From: Octopus vulgaris
Taxonomy: Eukaryota
Direction: 5' to 3'
DNA length: 64,000 bases
NCBI GenBank assembly: GCA_951406725.2
Contig: OX597832.1
Span: 10,540,001 to 10,604,000 of the forward strand
In this document: positions 13,640-27,973 of the stretch, piece by piece
Layout of the letters: each line of letters opens with the position of its first letter
Position numbering within the stretch: position 1 is the first letter of the stretch
The notes under the pieces: model-generated
Seen by the model: the letters and a program-made list of their open reading frames with translations, nothing else
Databases searched by the model: none
Told to the model about the DNA's origin: nothing
Made by a program: the position numbers and the translations under genes

Positions 13640-14060
13640 AGGTGGGGAGCTGGCAAGATCTATAGCGTGCCGGGTGCAATACTTAGCGCTAAATCGCCCG
13701 TGGCTACGATCTGATTTCAATTTCCACCGAAGCCGATTTTGCCTTTCGTGCTTTCGGTGTCGATAAATTAATTACCAGTTACACACCAGTGCCAATGTAA
13801 TCGATTATCTCCCTTCCCTCAAATTTCATGCCTTGTACCCATGCCAGAAAGGATTATTATAAAGTTTGCAAGGTGGCAGAGTCGTTAGCACACCGGGAAT
13901 TTCGTCCGTCTCTGCGTTCTGAGTTCAAATTCCAGCGCGATTAATTTGCCTGCCATCCTTTCAAAATCAATGAAATAAATACCAGTTACACACAGGGGTC
14001 GATGTAACAGAGAATCCACCTGACCCAAATTTTCAGGTCTTGTTCTTTTAATAGAAATGA
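13640..14060 (+). mobile_element. Two old, tandem family-B-related SINEs
   Basis: ggtggggagctggcaag..gcctttcgtgctttcggtgtcgataaattaattaccag and gagttcaaattcc..catcctttc..ataccagttac. Confidence 0.7.
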
Positions 14061-14648
14061 TGTAATCGTCTTACACCTCCAACAGACATTATGCCTTGTG
14101 CTTATTGTAATTTATTACGCACATTTTATTTTATCTCTGCCAACAGGTTTAATGGAATGGTAAAGTCTGTCTCCACATTTTCCAGCTTTTCCAGTTTGTC
14201 CGCTTGGGACAAACATTTACATCTGTAGGATATCCATCTTATACAACTCTATGACCGTTACGACCGTTGCTGCGAATGTATGCTGATTAATGTTCTTGAT
14301 GCTGTTATTTACATTTGTATATATATATATATATATACATTTACATTATTTGATTTATAAAAAATTTATGAACAATTCATATCTATGTATACAAGTCTTT
14401 TGGGGGGGTTTTGTTCAAAAAGATAGACAAATTCCATATAAAAGAAAACATATATAAATTATATAAAATGATAATATAGCATGATGTTAATATAATGATA
14501 AAATATACTAACACATCTCGTTTATTCAAAGTTACTGATATAAAGATTATTGAAAGTAAATAACAGATAATGGTCCATATTTACATAGTTTATCGAACTC
14601 CGCAAATGAAATAAACAAAAACTTAGATCTACGATAATTATAACCTAT

Positions 14649-14945
14649 ATTATTTCTTAGATAAAGAGATAATAAAATATAAATAATAAATATCAAATTT
14701 TTACTAAAACTTTCATAAGTAACTAAATAAGAAATTACTGGAATAAAGATAATTCTAAGCCACTAACTGAAACTTGTCGTTGTTTACCCAGGTTATCGAA
14801 GGGACAACTTCGTAAATAAAATAAACACAAGGAAAAACATAAAATAGATAACTACAATAAATAGAGCCGATATTATTTCTTAGATAAAGAGAGAGTAAAC
14901 TATAAATAATATATGTCAAAATTTACTAAGTCTTTCAGAAGTAAG
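14649..14945 (+). repeat. Diverged direct repeat, ~75 bp, spacing ~222 bp
   Basis: tattatttcttagataaagaga...ttttactaa..ctttca.aagtaa at 14649 and 14871. Confidence 0.7.
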
Positions 14946-15294
14946 GAACTAAGAGTGCTGCAATAAGAATACGAGCTATAAAGTACACAACATTATAAAA
15001 AAGTAATTAAAATTATTAAGCATGGTTTATGTCACAATTAATACACATATTTACAATTATTCAAAATTATGAAATTATATGCAATGATTACTGTAATCTA
15101 CTTATTCATACTTGCACAAACATTTTCTAGAACGAATGCTAAATTACTTAATTTACCAGAGGAACGAGTATGTATTTTTGTAAATAAGAGTTTATATATT
15201 TATAAATAAATGATCTATTTAAAAAAAAAAAACATAAATGCGTAATTAGAAATAAATCTTTTAGATCAAATTATGGCATTATATAAAATTATTC

Positions 15295-15296
<2 letters not shown>

Positions 15297-15358
<62 letters not shown>

Positions 15359-15372
15359 GTTGTTGTTGTTGT
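15297..15372. repeat. (TTA)n(TTG)n microsatellite
   Basis: Read directly from the sequence. Confidence 0.95.
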
Positions 15373-15629
15373 AGTTATAATTAATAAATAAATTAAATGA
15401 ATGTAATCATAAATGTATAAACATGTAGTACAATGAACATAGCTTATATGTAATTTATAATTAATATTTAACTACGAATATACTTATTTATTTTCCAGAA
15501 AATAATAATAGTTTCAGTTGACCTAATATGAAATATTATGAATATTATGTTTTTTTTTAATGCCCACTTTAGAATAGAATTAAAAATAATAAACCTTGTC
15601 TCAATGCAAAAAACTTACAAAGGCTTCAG

Positions 15630-15694
<65 letters not shown>

Positions 15695-16687
15695 ATAAAG
15701 TAAATAATGACAAACGAGGCACCGATACTTACTGGAAAATAGCGAACGTAATAAATACTACGCTAATGTATAGCTTCACTTCGTATGTACTAGTAAAGAT
15801 GCTTATGTGCAACAAACATGAAAATAAATTGTCTTACCTCTAGGAAGAACATCTGAAAAATGAAAAACCTAGAAACGGATAATGTACGGGTTTCAGATTC
15901 TTCAAAATACGTTTGCCAACGTATATTTGATTTATCTTCATCAGCTGCATATACCTCTAAACTTCTTCACTGTTCTCGTTCTGTTAACGTTATATATATA
16001 TATTTCTTCGAGCGTTTAGATTCAATTAGAATAAGGAACTTGTAAATCATTTGTCATAATAATGAGTAAATAAATAAACTGTTTGTCTGAGGATATGTTG
16101 TTTAAGTAATGTTACCCTGTTAGCCCTTTGGTATATTGATTACTATATCCATTATGTAATAAATATATGTACAAAATAAATATAGAAATATATGTATATA
16201 CACACACATATACATACATATTTATATAACTAAACAAACACTTGTACATATACGTATATATATATACGTTTATATATATACTTTTCCATACATACACACA
16301 TATATAAAGATACATAATCATATATACATATATATATATATATACACGTTAATACACAAAAGTATATTCACATGTACCCATATATACACATACATATATT
16401 CATATAAACATAATATATAAAGATATTCATACATGTATATACATGTACACATACATATCTCTATCCATATCTACACACATACCGATAGGCGTATACATGC
16501 ATCTATATATATGCACACACATTTATACATATAGACATGTGTACATATATAAAAATCCAAAAGCACAAAGACATACATACATATATGCATGCATGCATAT
16601 ATACATGCACTCATATGTACAGAAATATCTACACATACACATCCATGCTTACATGCATATATATATACACTCACACACAAACACACA

Positions 16688-16736
<49 letters not shown>

Positions 16737-17009
16737 GTATATCTATATTATAATGAGGAAAGTTTCTTATTAATTAGGTATGCAACAATTACTAAAAGTA
16801 CTAAATTAAAGCAATTCCTAAAGGGGTGACCGTCTGGAAAATTTTTTTATAAATTCCTGTTCTAAGAAATTTGTTTCTTATTTGCCCACAAGGAGCCAAC
16901 ATAGAGGGGAGGGCACAGCCTGTCAAAAATGCAGCAATGTACAAGGAGTGTTACGAGTGCATTTGTGTTATGAACACATTTTCCGTACTACCCATTCCCG
17001 CTAGTTTTT

Positions 17010-17695
17010 ATTTTTTCAAAAAATTTCTTCTTTTTTCGATATAGGGGAATACTATTTTTCCCAGAAATCATGTTTTCAAACTTTTAATTTCCACCTCCTC
17101 ACCCCGATTTCTTTAATTGTTTACTTTTTTCCAACGTTTCTTAATCCACGTAGAAAAATACAGATTACGAGTTTTGGAAATTACTTAATTTTTGTTCTTA
17201 AAACTTGTTCTTAAGGAAACACTCAATGTCGCTTCCCCCATTTTGCCTACCCATCACCTCCCCGCTCTCAGAAAGCTAAAAACTGCAAATGTTTCCCTTT
17301 CGTGTTATGTTTCATGCGTGTGTAGAATTCTACTTCAGTAGCAGTCGTCAAAAATATCAGACCACCACCAGGAAAGTTGACACGCCAGAAACAACAGCTA
17401 AACGACGTTATTTCTGGAAAAAATTTAAAAGTGAAACATTCAGAGATTTTATCATTTCGAATGTGGGGAAGTGATGGATGGAGGTTGGGGAATGGAATTT
17501 GACTGTTATTTAAGAAAAGTTTTTTAAAAGATCTACATAGATTATGAAACAAAATTTCGAAAACAGATAAAAATTAAATTTTAAGATGGGGAGAGGAGAA
17601 ATAAAAATTTTGAAGACGCTTTTTGTTTAGGATAAAACCTAATCTCCTATATCGAAAAAATAAGAACCCGGAGACATTTTGGAATAAAAAATAAG
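17010..17695. repeat. Imperfect long inverted repeat, probably inside a non-autonomous DNA element
   Basis: ttttttcgatatagggga (17031) versus tctcctatatcgaaaaaa (17643); tttccacctcctcacccc versus ggggagaggagaaa; direct repeat aacagctaaacgac at 17393 and 17733. Confidence 0.5.
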
Positions 17696-19229
17696 GTGGG
17701 GGCGCTAATGCCACATCCAACATGCTAGAAGCAACAGCTAAACGACAAGATTCCTGAAAAAGCTTCTTTTTAAGTTTCTATCGAAGATTAGCTTTTTAAA
17801 TACGTTCATCATAAAAAACGAATTACAAATTAAATAAAAGGCTCGGTGAAGTTCAGATCGAAGCACGTACTAAAACACCTCATAACTTTTTTTTATTTTT
17901 AAGAACTTTCACAAAATTATTTCGATTCTGCTGTCTGCATAATAGAACTAATGCGATTATCCAATAAAAAAAATTACACTTTCCCCCACACCACCCTCTT
18001 AATTCCACTGTTTTTTCTATTCATATTTTAAAAAAAATTTTGATCCTAAAATACGGACAATCCGATTCTGCCATTCGTTTCTTTTATAAGTTCCAAATAA
18101 TTTTCAAAATACTTCGAAATCAAAATTGTTGGGTATTCGTTTGCGTAAAAACCATTTACTAACAAAATATGTTATTAAAATAATTTCTCTCTAACAAACC
18201 TTTAAATTGATGCGAGAAAAATACATTTAGTAACGGAGAATTATGAACATAACTTATCTGTAACATGGCTTTATATTATTGCGGGTAAAGTATTCAAACT
18301 AGAAAACATGCAAACGAAGTGTACAACTCAAATTTTAATTTGATTGCGATCTTCTCGCCAGGAGTCACTCTTATTTCTATAAAAACAGGAGTTTGTTTTG
18401 TTACAAATAAAGAGAGAGTGCGTACTGTGTCATTCTTCCAATTTTCCAGGCAAAGGAAGTTTTGCGCACTTGAAATATATGATAACACGGCAAAGAATGA
18501 GCCCATCCAAAACGAGACAGAAAGGTTACCTGCAACTTGTTTCTCATTGAAATCCAGGAACTATGTTAGCGGTAATAAATTAAAGGTATATTAGAGATAA
18601 TTTATTTTAATAACATAATTTTCTGTTTGTAATTGTTTTTCTCTTACACAAACACGCAAGACTCAATAAAGGAAAGTTTTGAAATTAGTGGGATGGGGTC
18701 AAATATTAAAAAAGAAAATTACTAGATTATCATTTATTCCATTGTGAAAACCAAGAATTAAAGATAAATCGAAAAATATTGGTGTGTTTTGGAATTAGGG
18801 TCCAGGGGCTGAAATATTTTTTTACAAAATTAAATTTATTGGATAATCATATTAATACAATTATGCAGAAGACAGAATCGAAAAAATTTGTGAAAATACT
18901 TAACAATAAAAAAAAGCTGTGGACTTTTAGCACGTGCTTCCATCAGAACTCCGCCAAAAGGTAGTTTTTATTGAAGTTGATCTGTACTTGTGCACGTGGA
19001 TACAGCAAGATATAACATAAATCGTACAGGAGTTTTAGGTAGAGTGTGTGTAAGTGTGTGCATGTGTGTGTATGTGTGTGCGTGTGCAAAAGCAGTTACT
19101 TTTACGTACCTTTCTTACATCCAAAATAAGAAAAACTCGAGCAATACTTCCAAAAGGTGTACACATAAATATTATATTATTATCTTTAAAGATAAATATT
19201 TCTTGAAATAAGTTATGTTTACAGATAAA

Positions 19230-19404
19230 GGAGTGGCTGTAGGAGCATGAGTTGGTGTGTGGTAATAGGCTTGCTTCCCAATCACATAGTTCCGAGTTCA
19301 GTTCCAGGGCCTGGTACTTTGGGCAAGTGTCTTCTTCTATAGCCTCAGACCGATCAAAGACTTGTGAGTGGATTTGGTAGACGGAAACTGAAAGAAACCC
19401 GCTG

Positions 19405-19435
<31 letters not shown>

Positions 19436-19676
19436 GTATATATATACACACACATATATATATATATATATATGTTTATGCATTATTAATGTGTCTGTGT
19501 TTGTCTCCCCACCATCACTTTACAATCGATGTTGGTGTGATTTTGTCTCTGTCACTTAGCGGTTTGGATAAAGAGACCGATAAAATAACTCCTGGTGGCA
19601 ATTTGGTCGACTAAATAGGTGGTTCTCCACCATAGCTTCAGCCAAATGACTGAAACGAATAAAAGAATAAAAGAAT
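19230..19676 (+). mobile_element. SINE family A
   Basis: gggcaagtgtcttcttctatagcc...ggatttggtagacggaaactgaaagaa...aaatgactgaaac. Confidence 0.85.
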
Positions 19677-19789
19677 GAAAACCATATTTGCTATTGTGTA
19701 TATAAGTAATAGCAAACTGTATATAAAATAAAATTTAATGCTGGCTGAGTCACATATCGGCCAAGTTAAAGTTTTAGCATTTCTTTGGA

Positions 19790-20040
19790 AACATAGTGTC
19801 TCGAAGCATTCTAATAAAAAAGTGAAAGAAAGAGATAGTGTCACTGTCGCTTTGGAAGAGAAATTAATTTTAGTGTTGGTAGAAAAGCAGAAAAAACGAG
19901 AGCAGTCAATTGGAAAGGGAGAATGTGAAATTGGGGGCAATATCCTAACCTACTATATCGTAAACAGGAATACGCAGAAATTTTGGAAAGAAAAATGTGG
20001 GCGAGAGTGCGCAATGTCAAAATTTCGGTATAAGGAATAG
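19790..20040 (+). pseudogene. Possible pogo/Tigger transposase N-terminal (CENP-B-like HTH) relic
   Basis: Translation SKHSNKKVKERDSVTVALEEKLILVLVEKQKKREQ resembles the KRK..LTLEEKL start of pogo-family HTH domains; highly degraded. Confidence 0.3.
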
Positions 20041-20619
20041 GAAATGTCTTCATGCACTATCCGACTTATAAGAAACTAAAACACTCCCATGTACATTTGT
20101 AATCACCATTAGACTCATCCAGCTCTTTCAGAGCCCTCGGCACGAATATGAAGCAGTACAGCATGTCGTTTCCCAATTTCTGGCCGAATGAATTGTGTCA
20201 TCGTGCTGTTTTGCTTACAGACAGTGCCCAACTGACCCTACTATACTATGCAGTTGACTACACCAAAGACGAACAAAGAAGAATCACGAAATTAAATATA
20301 TGTGCCGACATTTTACCCATCTCAGCATGTATGTTTGTATGTATGTATGTATGTATTTATCTATCTATATATATGTATGTATATATATATATATATATTT
20401 GTATATATACATTTATGTGTGTGTGTGCATGTGTGTATGTGTGTGTGTGAGATGGAGTCATCTGTGTATACTCTACATTTTATCAAGTAATTTTATCAGT
20501 TTTGCTAAGTTAACTTGATTCTTGTTAACAGAAACACCTGCACTGTATATGTGTATATATATTTATATATATATATATATGTATATATGCCGGTATACAT
20601 ATACACACACATATAAAAA

Positions 20620-20849
20620 GGCGGCGAGCTGGCAGAAACGTTAGCACGCCGGGCGAAATGCTTAGCGGTATTTCATCTGCGTTACGTTGTGAGTTCAAAT
20701 TCCGCCGAGGTCGACTTTGCCTTTCATCCTTTCGGGGTCGATAAATTAAGTACCAGTTACGCATTGGGGTCGATGTAATCGACTTAATACCTATGTCTGT
20801 CCTTGTTTGTCCCCTCTGTGTTTAGCCCCTTGTGGGTAATAAAGAAATA
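20620..20849 (+). mobile_element. SINE family B, young full-length copy with TSD
   Basis: Near-identical to the copies at 11332 and 53762; TSD ggtatacatatacacacac at 20592-20610 and 20850-20868. Confidence 0.9.
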
Positions 20850-20889
20850 GGTATACATATACACACACTCATTGATATATACATACATG

Positions 20890-20977
<88 letters not shown>

Positions 20978-20989
20978 GAGAGATGGAAT

Positions 20990-21120
20990 TCACACAAAAA
21001 TACAAACAAAAGACGAAGACAGGCGTGTAAACAGGCGTGAGAACCTCTTTTACGTTTCGAGCCTACGTTCTCCAAGAGAAAGGAACACAAATTTACAGAA
21101 AGAGGAAAAAATAAAATATA
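20990..21120 (-). mobile_element. Penelope pLTR-like fragment with degenerate hammerhead, between microsatellites
   Basis: Minus strand ctttctcttggagaacgtaggctcGAAAcgtaaaag; a related piece (gaagaacgtaggctcga) lies at 7770-7800. Confidence 0.45.
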
Positions 21121-21486
21121 TATATATGTAATACATGGACTATACAAGATTTCTTTAAGAAATCTTATTCGTTTCCTGAAGTATATTTAGATATGCCTTG
21201 CACTTGCTTCAGAATATTGTCAATCCTTTTCATCAACCTATTTCTCCAACGTCAAGTGTCAATAAAATTAATACAAAAACTTTGATATGAAGAAATTACA
21301 TTCTCTTCTTGCACGTTTGAATTTATTATCTGTATTGTGTGTCTACGTTTATCGCATAAAAAGAAAATCACGCACGCAGCTATAATTCCAATATATGTAT
21401 ATACACTGATATACATCAACGCAAATGCATACCTGCATACACATGCCATCCGTCTTGGATATGAATATATACTTACACACATTCAG

Positions 21487-21546
<60 letters not shown>

Positions 21547-22069
21547 CTTATACCCATTAACGTATGAGGTGTGCGCGTAGGTGTATGCATATAAATTGTA
21601 TATGTATGCTTGTGATATATGTGAAGGAGAATAAAATTTACGTTAAGATCAGTTATTTTTGAATATTTTATATCAATATTCTTTGATGTATTTTCAATTT
21701 TATGCATTCACTTAAAAGAGATTTCACACAACAAGATGTACAAAGATTGCACAAGAATATTTCACGCATTATGGATTTTCATTGGGGATATATTACAAGA
21801 TGCAGCGTCATGAAAACTACTTGGGTGAAATATAGTAATAGTTTAGAGGGAAAATTTCTTGAGCTACGGATATATGAAGCTGTTCTCTAGAAATGTAGAA
21901 AAGAAAAAAGGAGACGCCAGAGTACACGTATGTGTGTGTATGTGTGTGTGCGTCAATGTGCGGCAGATTTTGTGTGTAGATGTGTGCATGTGTGCGTGTG
22001 TATGTGTTGTGTGTGTGTGTGTATGTGTGTGTGTATGTATGTCTGTGTGTGTGTAGCCTAGTAAAATAG

Positions 22070-22560
22070 GGATCATCAACGCTGACATATCCTGCTCAGG
22101 GTTTTTGTGAAAGGTACACATTTGCGTATCAATAAATCTAAGATTTCTCGGCTGAAGCATGTAACATATTGGTAGAGATCCTTAAGATGATAAAGAAATT
22201 ACGCGTGGCGTATCAAATGGATATCGTCAACAATATCTGAAAGTTAATATCACAAAGAGCACATATTTGTCGCTAAGCTAGGCACTTACCTCTTTTAACA
22301 TCATAACGTAGAGTACATTTTAGTGGGTGCTATTATGACGATGTTGACCTGATGCTAGTTTTCATTTTATGGATACATTGCATATATAGTAACGAAGGAT
22401 GTATACTATTATGTTCGGTTTTAACGTAAGCCATAAGCTATGAAAGGCAAGAATCTGGTGCAGAGTTTTGATACAATTTTACGTTCACGCTTGGCAGTTG
22501 TCACCAGGTTGGGAAGATTGTTGTGATAAATGACGTTGGATTGTCATCTTCACGAAAAAT
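22070..22560 (-). pseudogene. Penelope-like reverse transcriptase relic
   Basis: Minus-strand motifs in RT order: LPSVNVKLY (~L.SLDV.SLY), TFRY/VDDI (1-nt frameshift, ~22220-22245), LRFID (~FLD). Confidence 0.45.
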
Positions 22561-23139
22561 TTACACTGAGCAGTCATAAACTACCTTATCGGTACGACTA
22601 ATCTAAACGCTACTATAAATGCTACTACGTAAGTTTTAGTTTAAGTATTTAATAAAAGTTTGTCTCATTACTATTTCGTATAAAATTCGAAGATGTAGTA
22701 CTTAAGGATCTTGCGTGTATTTCAACCACCCAGCGACAATGTTCTTTCAATTGCATGCTTCACATAGTATGGAGTCAACACGTAGGGGTCAGTTATTATC
22801 TATTCTGTGTAGTGTGGAAAGTCTTTGACAGCTGTTACCATCTGCAGAGGTAACAGGTTTTGTGACGTCAGGTTACATAACAAATCTCATGAGGGCAAGC
22901 TGGCTGATATTACACCACATTTATATTACGTGAAGTGGAATATTTTCACTCTACAGGCTCCAGACATCTTATAGAGTGCAAATATTTGCGTTATTCCCTA
23001 TGTCACTATGGATGTATAAAGTGGCATTCACACACCAATAGCGACGTAATCTATCACGCAAATATTTGCACTGCATATAATCCCTGATGCATGTACATTG
23101 ACAATACTATGTCTTTCTCTTTGTCTGTCTGTCTCTCTC

Positions 23140-23196
<57 letters not shown>

Positions 23197-23290
23197 TCAT
23201 GTATATATATATATACACATATATATATAAATATATATACATATATATATATGTACATATATATACACATATATATAAATATAAATATTC

Positions 23291-23367
<77 letters not shown>

Positions 23368-23368
<1 letters not shown>

Positions 23369-23639
23369 GAAAAACTTTGGAGTCAAGAAGTAGTACATTT
23401 ATTTTATAATCACTACGATTGTTTCCACGTAACGTAGTTCCCCAAGCACGCAGGTATTTCATTATTCAACCGTTTTCATGCATTATGAGGTCTAATTGTA
23501 TTTTTATATAAGAAAACACAAATATATTTCACAATGCATGGAAACGGTTGCATAATCAAGTATCTGTACGCCTGATGAACTACGTTGCGTGGAAACAATT
23601 GCAGTTATTAAAAAATGCATTGTTCACTCCAAATTTTCT
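23368..23639. repeat. Palindromic element with hammerhead core, directly after (TA)n
   Basis: Arms ~23368-23488 and ~23529-23639; CTGATGA-actacgttgcgtg-GAAA-caattg at 23572-23601. Confidence 0.8.
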
Positions 23640-25701
23640 GAGTTACCTATTCACACACAACAGATGCCCAAACGCAAATCTGAAAGTACGTATGATACTA
23701 TTACTGGATAGCACAGGGTGAAATCTGAAGTTGGACTCGTTTTATACTCTACTCTACTACTTTCTTAACAGAATATATCATAACTATATACATACATATG
23801 TGTGTGTGTGTGTATGTGTGTGTATGTGTGTGTGTGCGCGCGCGCGTTTGTATGTGTGTGTTCAGAACACACATAAAGATGTAATGTGTTACACTAGTGT
23901 TTTTGTCTTTGTATAGCTAAATTGCATATCCTTCAGATTTCTTTTACAGAAAAATACAAAGAAAAGAAAAGCAGTAGGGTTACTGAAATTATACTCACCA
24001 TTTAGAGGAACTTTTGAGCCCGAAATATGCCCCTGTTAAAATGTATCCTATTAGTAATAATAGAATCACTTCCTGCATTCCACAATTACACATGACAAAA
24101 ACTTGTTGACTGTAGCATTGATAATTATCCAGATACAATTGTAATTGTATCGGGAAATCCAGATCAGAGGAATTCAATAATCTACGACCAAGGTACGGTG
24201 TCAAACGTTTTATTGTAATCCAATCAGTATGCGTCTAAGTTACTCTTAGGCCACCTTTGACGTGAAAGTTTTGTTAGATTAAGTATTGGTCAGCACATCC
24301 CCAAACTCTTTTCTTTCCAGTTATTTATTCAGCAGTTATCAAGCTATTTCTGTTAAATGAGACAAAGAGGAACTCTTTCAGAGCGGCTGCGTATAAAATA
24401 TGCATACAATTCTTGGATGCAGAAGGCCGATAGTTTTTTGTGAGGTATGTCCCATCCCATTCCTCAAAATTATTAGTTTTTGCTCCTGCTCGCGCTAACT
24501 ACTTTGGAGTGTTTATACCTCTAATCAGATCTTGCTAGCAGTTGCCAATGTAATGTAATGCTGTCACTAATAGTTTAGTTTTAGTATAAGTATCCGATAA
24601 CCAATTCATTTCGTAGTGCTTTCCACTCCTGAAGGTTTTTGATCACATTCTCAAGAGTCTCACCCCTGGTGTGGTACGTGCTATTTTTTCTTTTATTTCA
24701 TACAGAGAGAATATTTATGCCACAACCCTGTTTCTATCGGGCTTCTGATCATATCTCTTGCGCTTGGGAATGACTTATACTTCCCTGAGAAGGGGACGCT
24801 GTGATATTCATTTATTTTTTTTTTTTTCACAGATATCTGTAGACCACCGACTTACTTAGATTATACATCTCTTTAATCATTTTATTTTTGTCTACTCCCT
24901 TCTGATACCAGATATTTTCCCTGGTGGCTTTCAGTCCCTATGACCATGCCTATATCCAAATATTCCTTTTACTATCTCTAAACAAATTCTTACTATATTT
25001 TTCTTTCTTTGCGTTTGGCGAATATATTTGTCTGTTTGCATGTGAGAAGCAACGCCATTGAGCTTTCGTACAACAACAAATATATTTTCCATTAATTTTT
25101 TTTCTTTTACTTTTATTATCGTTCCGCTGTAATCTTCAATTATCCGCTGTATCTCCATGCAATGAATGGGCATGTAAACAAGCGTTAATTTGTCAAGCAC
25201 ATAATTTGTTTATATATTAATATATATATTTATATATATATTAATATATATATATATATATGTAGGCTGTATGTTTGTGGTTATGCTTGTACAGACTTTG
25301 ATTATTAATATGTGGCATAAACAATGCATATTTAAAAGTGAATTTACAAGTCTGGCTGATGGAAATTCCCTTTGTATACATTACAAGGTTTCCTTTACAT
25401 CGAATATGCTTTGAGTTGATAGCATGTGTATATCAATTCCCCATTCATCAATCTACTTTAAATGATATTGGTTTCATTCATATACTGTCTCGGAGCCGTA
25501 GCTGATTCGGCAGACTATATGCCTTTGTTTTCAAATGATTTCAATTTAAATTATCGCATACTGGATATTTCAAAGCCCACACAGTTGCACAATCTCCACA
25601 AATATGCATTCAGAGAAATATAGTCATGTTTTTATATCTACAATCAAAATTACACACCGACGCGCATACATAGATAAATACATGCATTCATAGACGCACA
25701 C

Positions 25702-25771
<70 letters not shown>

Positions 25772-25895
25772 TCCATACACATATAAATACATAGGTTCAT
25801 ACATGTATGATCATATCATACGTATATTTCCTTTCAAGGACATGTTTTTCCTTGAATTGATTTGGGTGAGTGTGTACACATACATACATACGTAC

Positions 25896-25955
<60 letters not shown>

Positions 25956-26744
25956 TTATAAACGCGTATTTGCCAAATCATATCTATATGTTATCACTTT
26001 CCTAATTGTTGATTGTTTAACAACAAGCATTATTTATTTGTTTTAAAGTAAAGCATAAAACCGATACAATAGAAATAGCAATAGACTCCCAATTATTAGT
26101 ATTTTTAATATGTTCTGTTTATGCCATATAAAATGTTTGCAATTCCAGCGTACGACAGAACCTCTAACTAGTTATTTACAATGTAGAGTTACATTTGTTT
26201 CGTTATTATCATATTCTGAGAGGCGATTTGGTATACCTTGTAATTCAGCTTTTGTAGTTTTTGACCTCTTAGTTGTTACCCGAAATGAAATCTTGTTCCT
26301 ACGAATAAATCGATGATGAATTTGCTCACAGATGTCCTGAATGTTTGTACTTGAATATTTGCATAATGACATTCGAAAACATATTCTAAATGTCCTGTTT
26401 TGCTTCCTTTCTTCTCTGCCTTTTTTTGCAAAGCTACCACATGTTCCTGAAAGATCAGACATCCTCATAAAGAGCCTCAACTAACTGGTTTATTTCTGTT
26501 TTTCTGATGGCCTATATTGTGCCCCAAAACCATATTACATGCATTTTCGTTCTGCTCGTTTCCACTAGACGTCGTCCCTCTGAAATCATATTGGAGTACA
26601 TGCCTTATTTGAAGACGCTGTGGTTCCAAAACTAAAATGTGAATATAAAATTCTCGCAGGAATTTCGACCCTACGACACCTATGGTCACCCTACTTTTCC
26701 TCGAAATCTCATAGGAAACGAGATCAGTTCCGATCGACCACACC

Positions 26745-26765
<21 letters not shown>

Positions 26766-26775
<10 letters not shown>

Positions 26776-26917
26776 GTTTCAATCATTTGACTGTGGCCAT
26801 GCTGGAGCACCGCCTTTAGTCGAGCAACTCGACCCTGGGACTTATTCTTTTGTAAGCCCAGTACTTATTCTATCGGTCTGTTTTGCCGAACCGCTAAGTG
26901 ACAAATGCACACCAGCA
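26766..26917 (-). mobile_element. SINE family A, 3' part with poly(A)
   Basis: tacttgtttcaatcatttgactgtggccatgctggagcaccgcc...gccgaaccgctaagtgac preceded by poly(T). Confidence 0.85.
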
Positions 26918-27816
26918 TACATAAAGTTGTATGTTTTTTCAAACAGTGTTTAGTTGTTTACATTATACTCTCTGTTATTCAATTTCCTAGACTCTAAAGT
27001 GTGTTCTAAGAATGATTGCTTGGTTATTTCTAGCTGGACGCTTTACAATGCTGAGGTTTTTTCATTGGCTCTTAACCAGCTGAGTTGTACCTTATACGAC
27101 TGTAATTTCAGGAGATAAATTTAGAACTGCCATAAGATGAATATAATTAATATGATCCTGTCCTGGATTTGTAATAGATAAAAGGATGATGTCTGGGAAC
27201 ATTTGCAAAGTAACTGTCAAATGTAACAATAGAAAATCCTGTAGACAATGTCTTAACATCTAGTGTTGTTGTTCCCTGTCGAGCCATACTCTATGGAGAA
27301 TTATTATATCTAATACATGTCCTATAGAGGAGATATTGATTATCTGTTACAATTGAGATTATCTAATAGGTAGGTAGTCGCCATCTCAGGTCAATTTAAA
27401 GAGAAATTGTGAGGCCTAGCTATTATAATGCTCGTGTTGTTGTAGATAGAGTGTAGTATCGCGTGTTACTTTGATATCTGTATAGAATGTATGTTTGTGC
27501 TACCGCATCTGCTGAACCTGCCAAAATCCCATTCGAAGTAGATTTACGATGTGACATCTATAGATTTAAGTTGTTCGAGAGAGCATATCGTTAATGTATC
27601 ATTCGATTGTCTAGTGAAATAATGAAAGATTCTCTGTATAATTTATCTCATTCTAAGACACTAAATCTTGATATAATCATCATGCAGCATTTAGAATGAT
27701 TTTAAAATGTACCTTTCAAAAGATTCAACTTAATAATTAACTCGTTCGAGATGTTTAGACAAGCAACTTTTACATATACATGTAAATCACATATAAATGA
27801 ACAATACATACATTCA

Positions 27817-27877
27817 TAGACAGACAGACAGAAGGACTGATAGAACGACTGACAGACAGACAGATATATATATATAT

Positions 27878-27958
<81 letters not shown>

Positions 27959-27972
27959 CGGATACATACATA
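27817..27972. repeat. (GACA)/(TA)/(GATA)n compound microsatellite
   Basis: Read directly from the sequence. Confidence 0.95.
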
Positions 27973-27973
27973 C

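Noticed and set aside
25839-25865. Plus-strand 27-nt candidate exon encoding MFFLE, like the 15838 candidate
   Set aside because: It is on the opposite strand, has a weak acceptor and sits among microsatellites; most likely coincidence.
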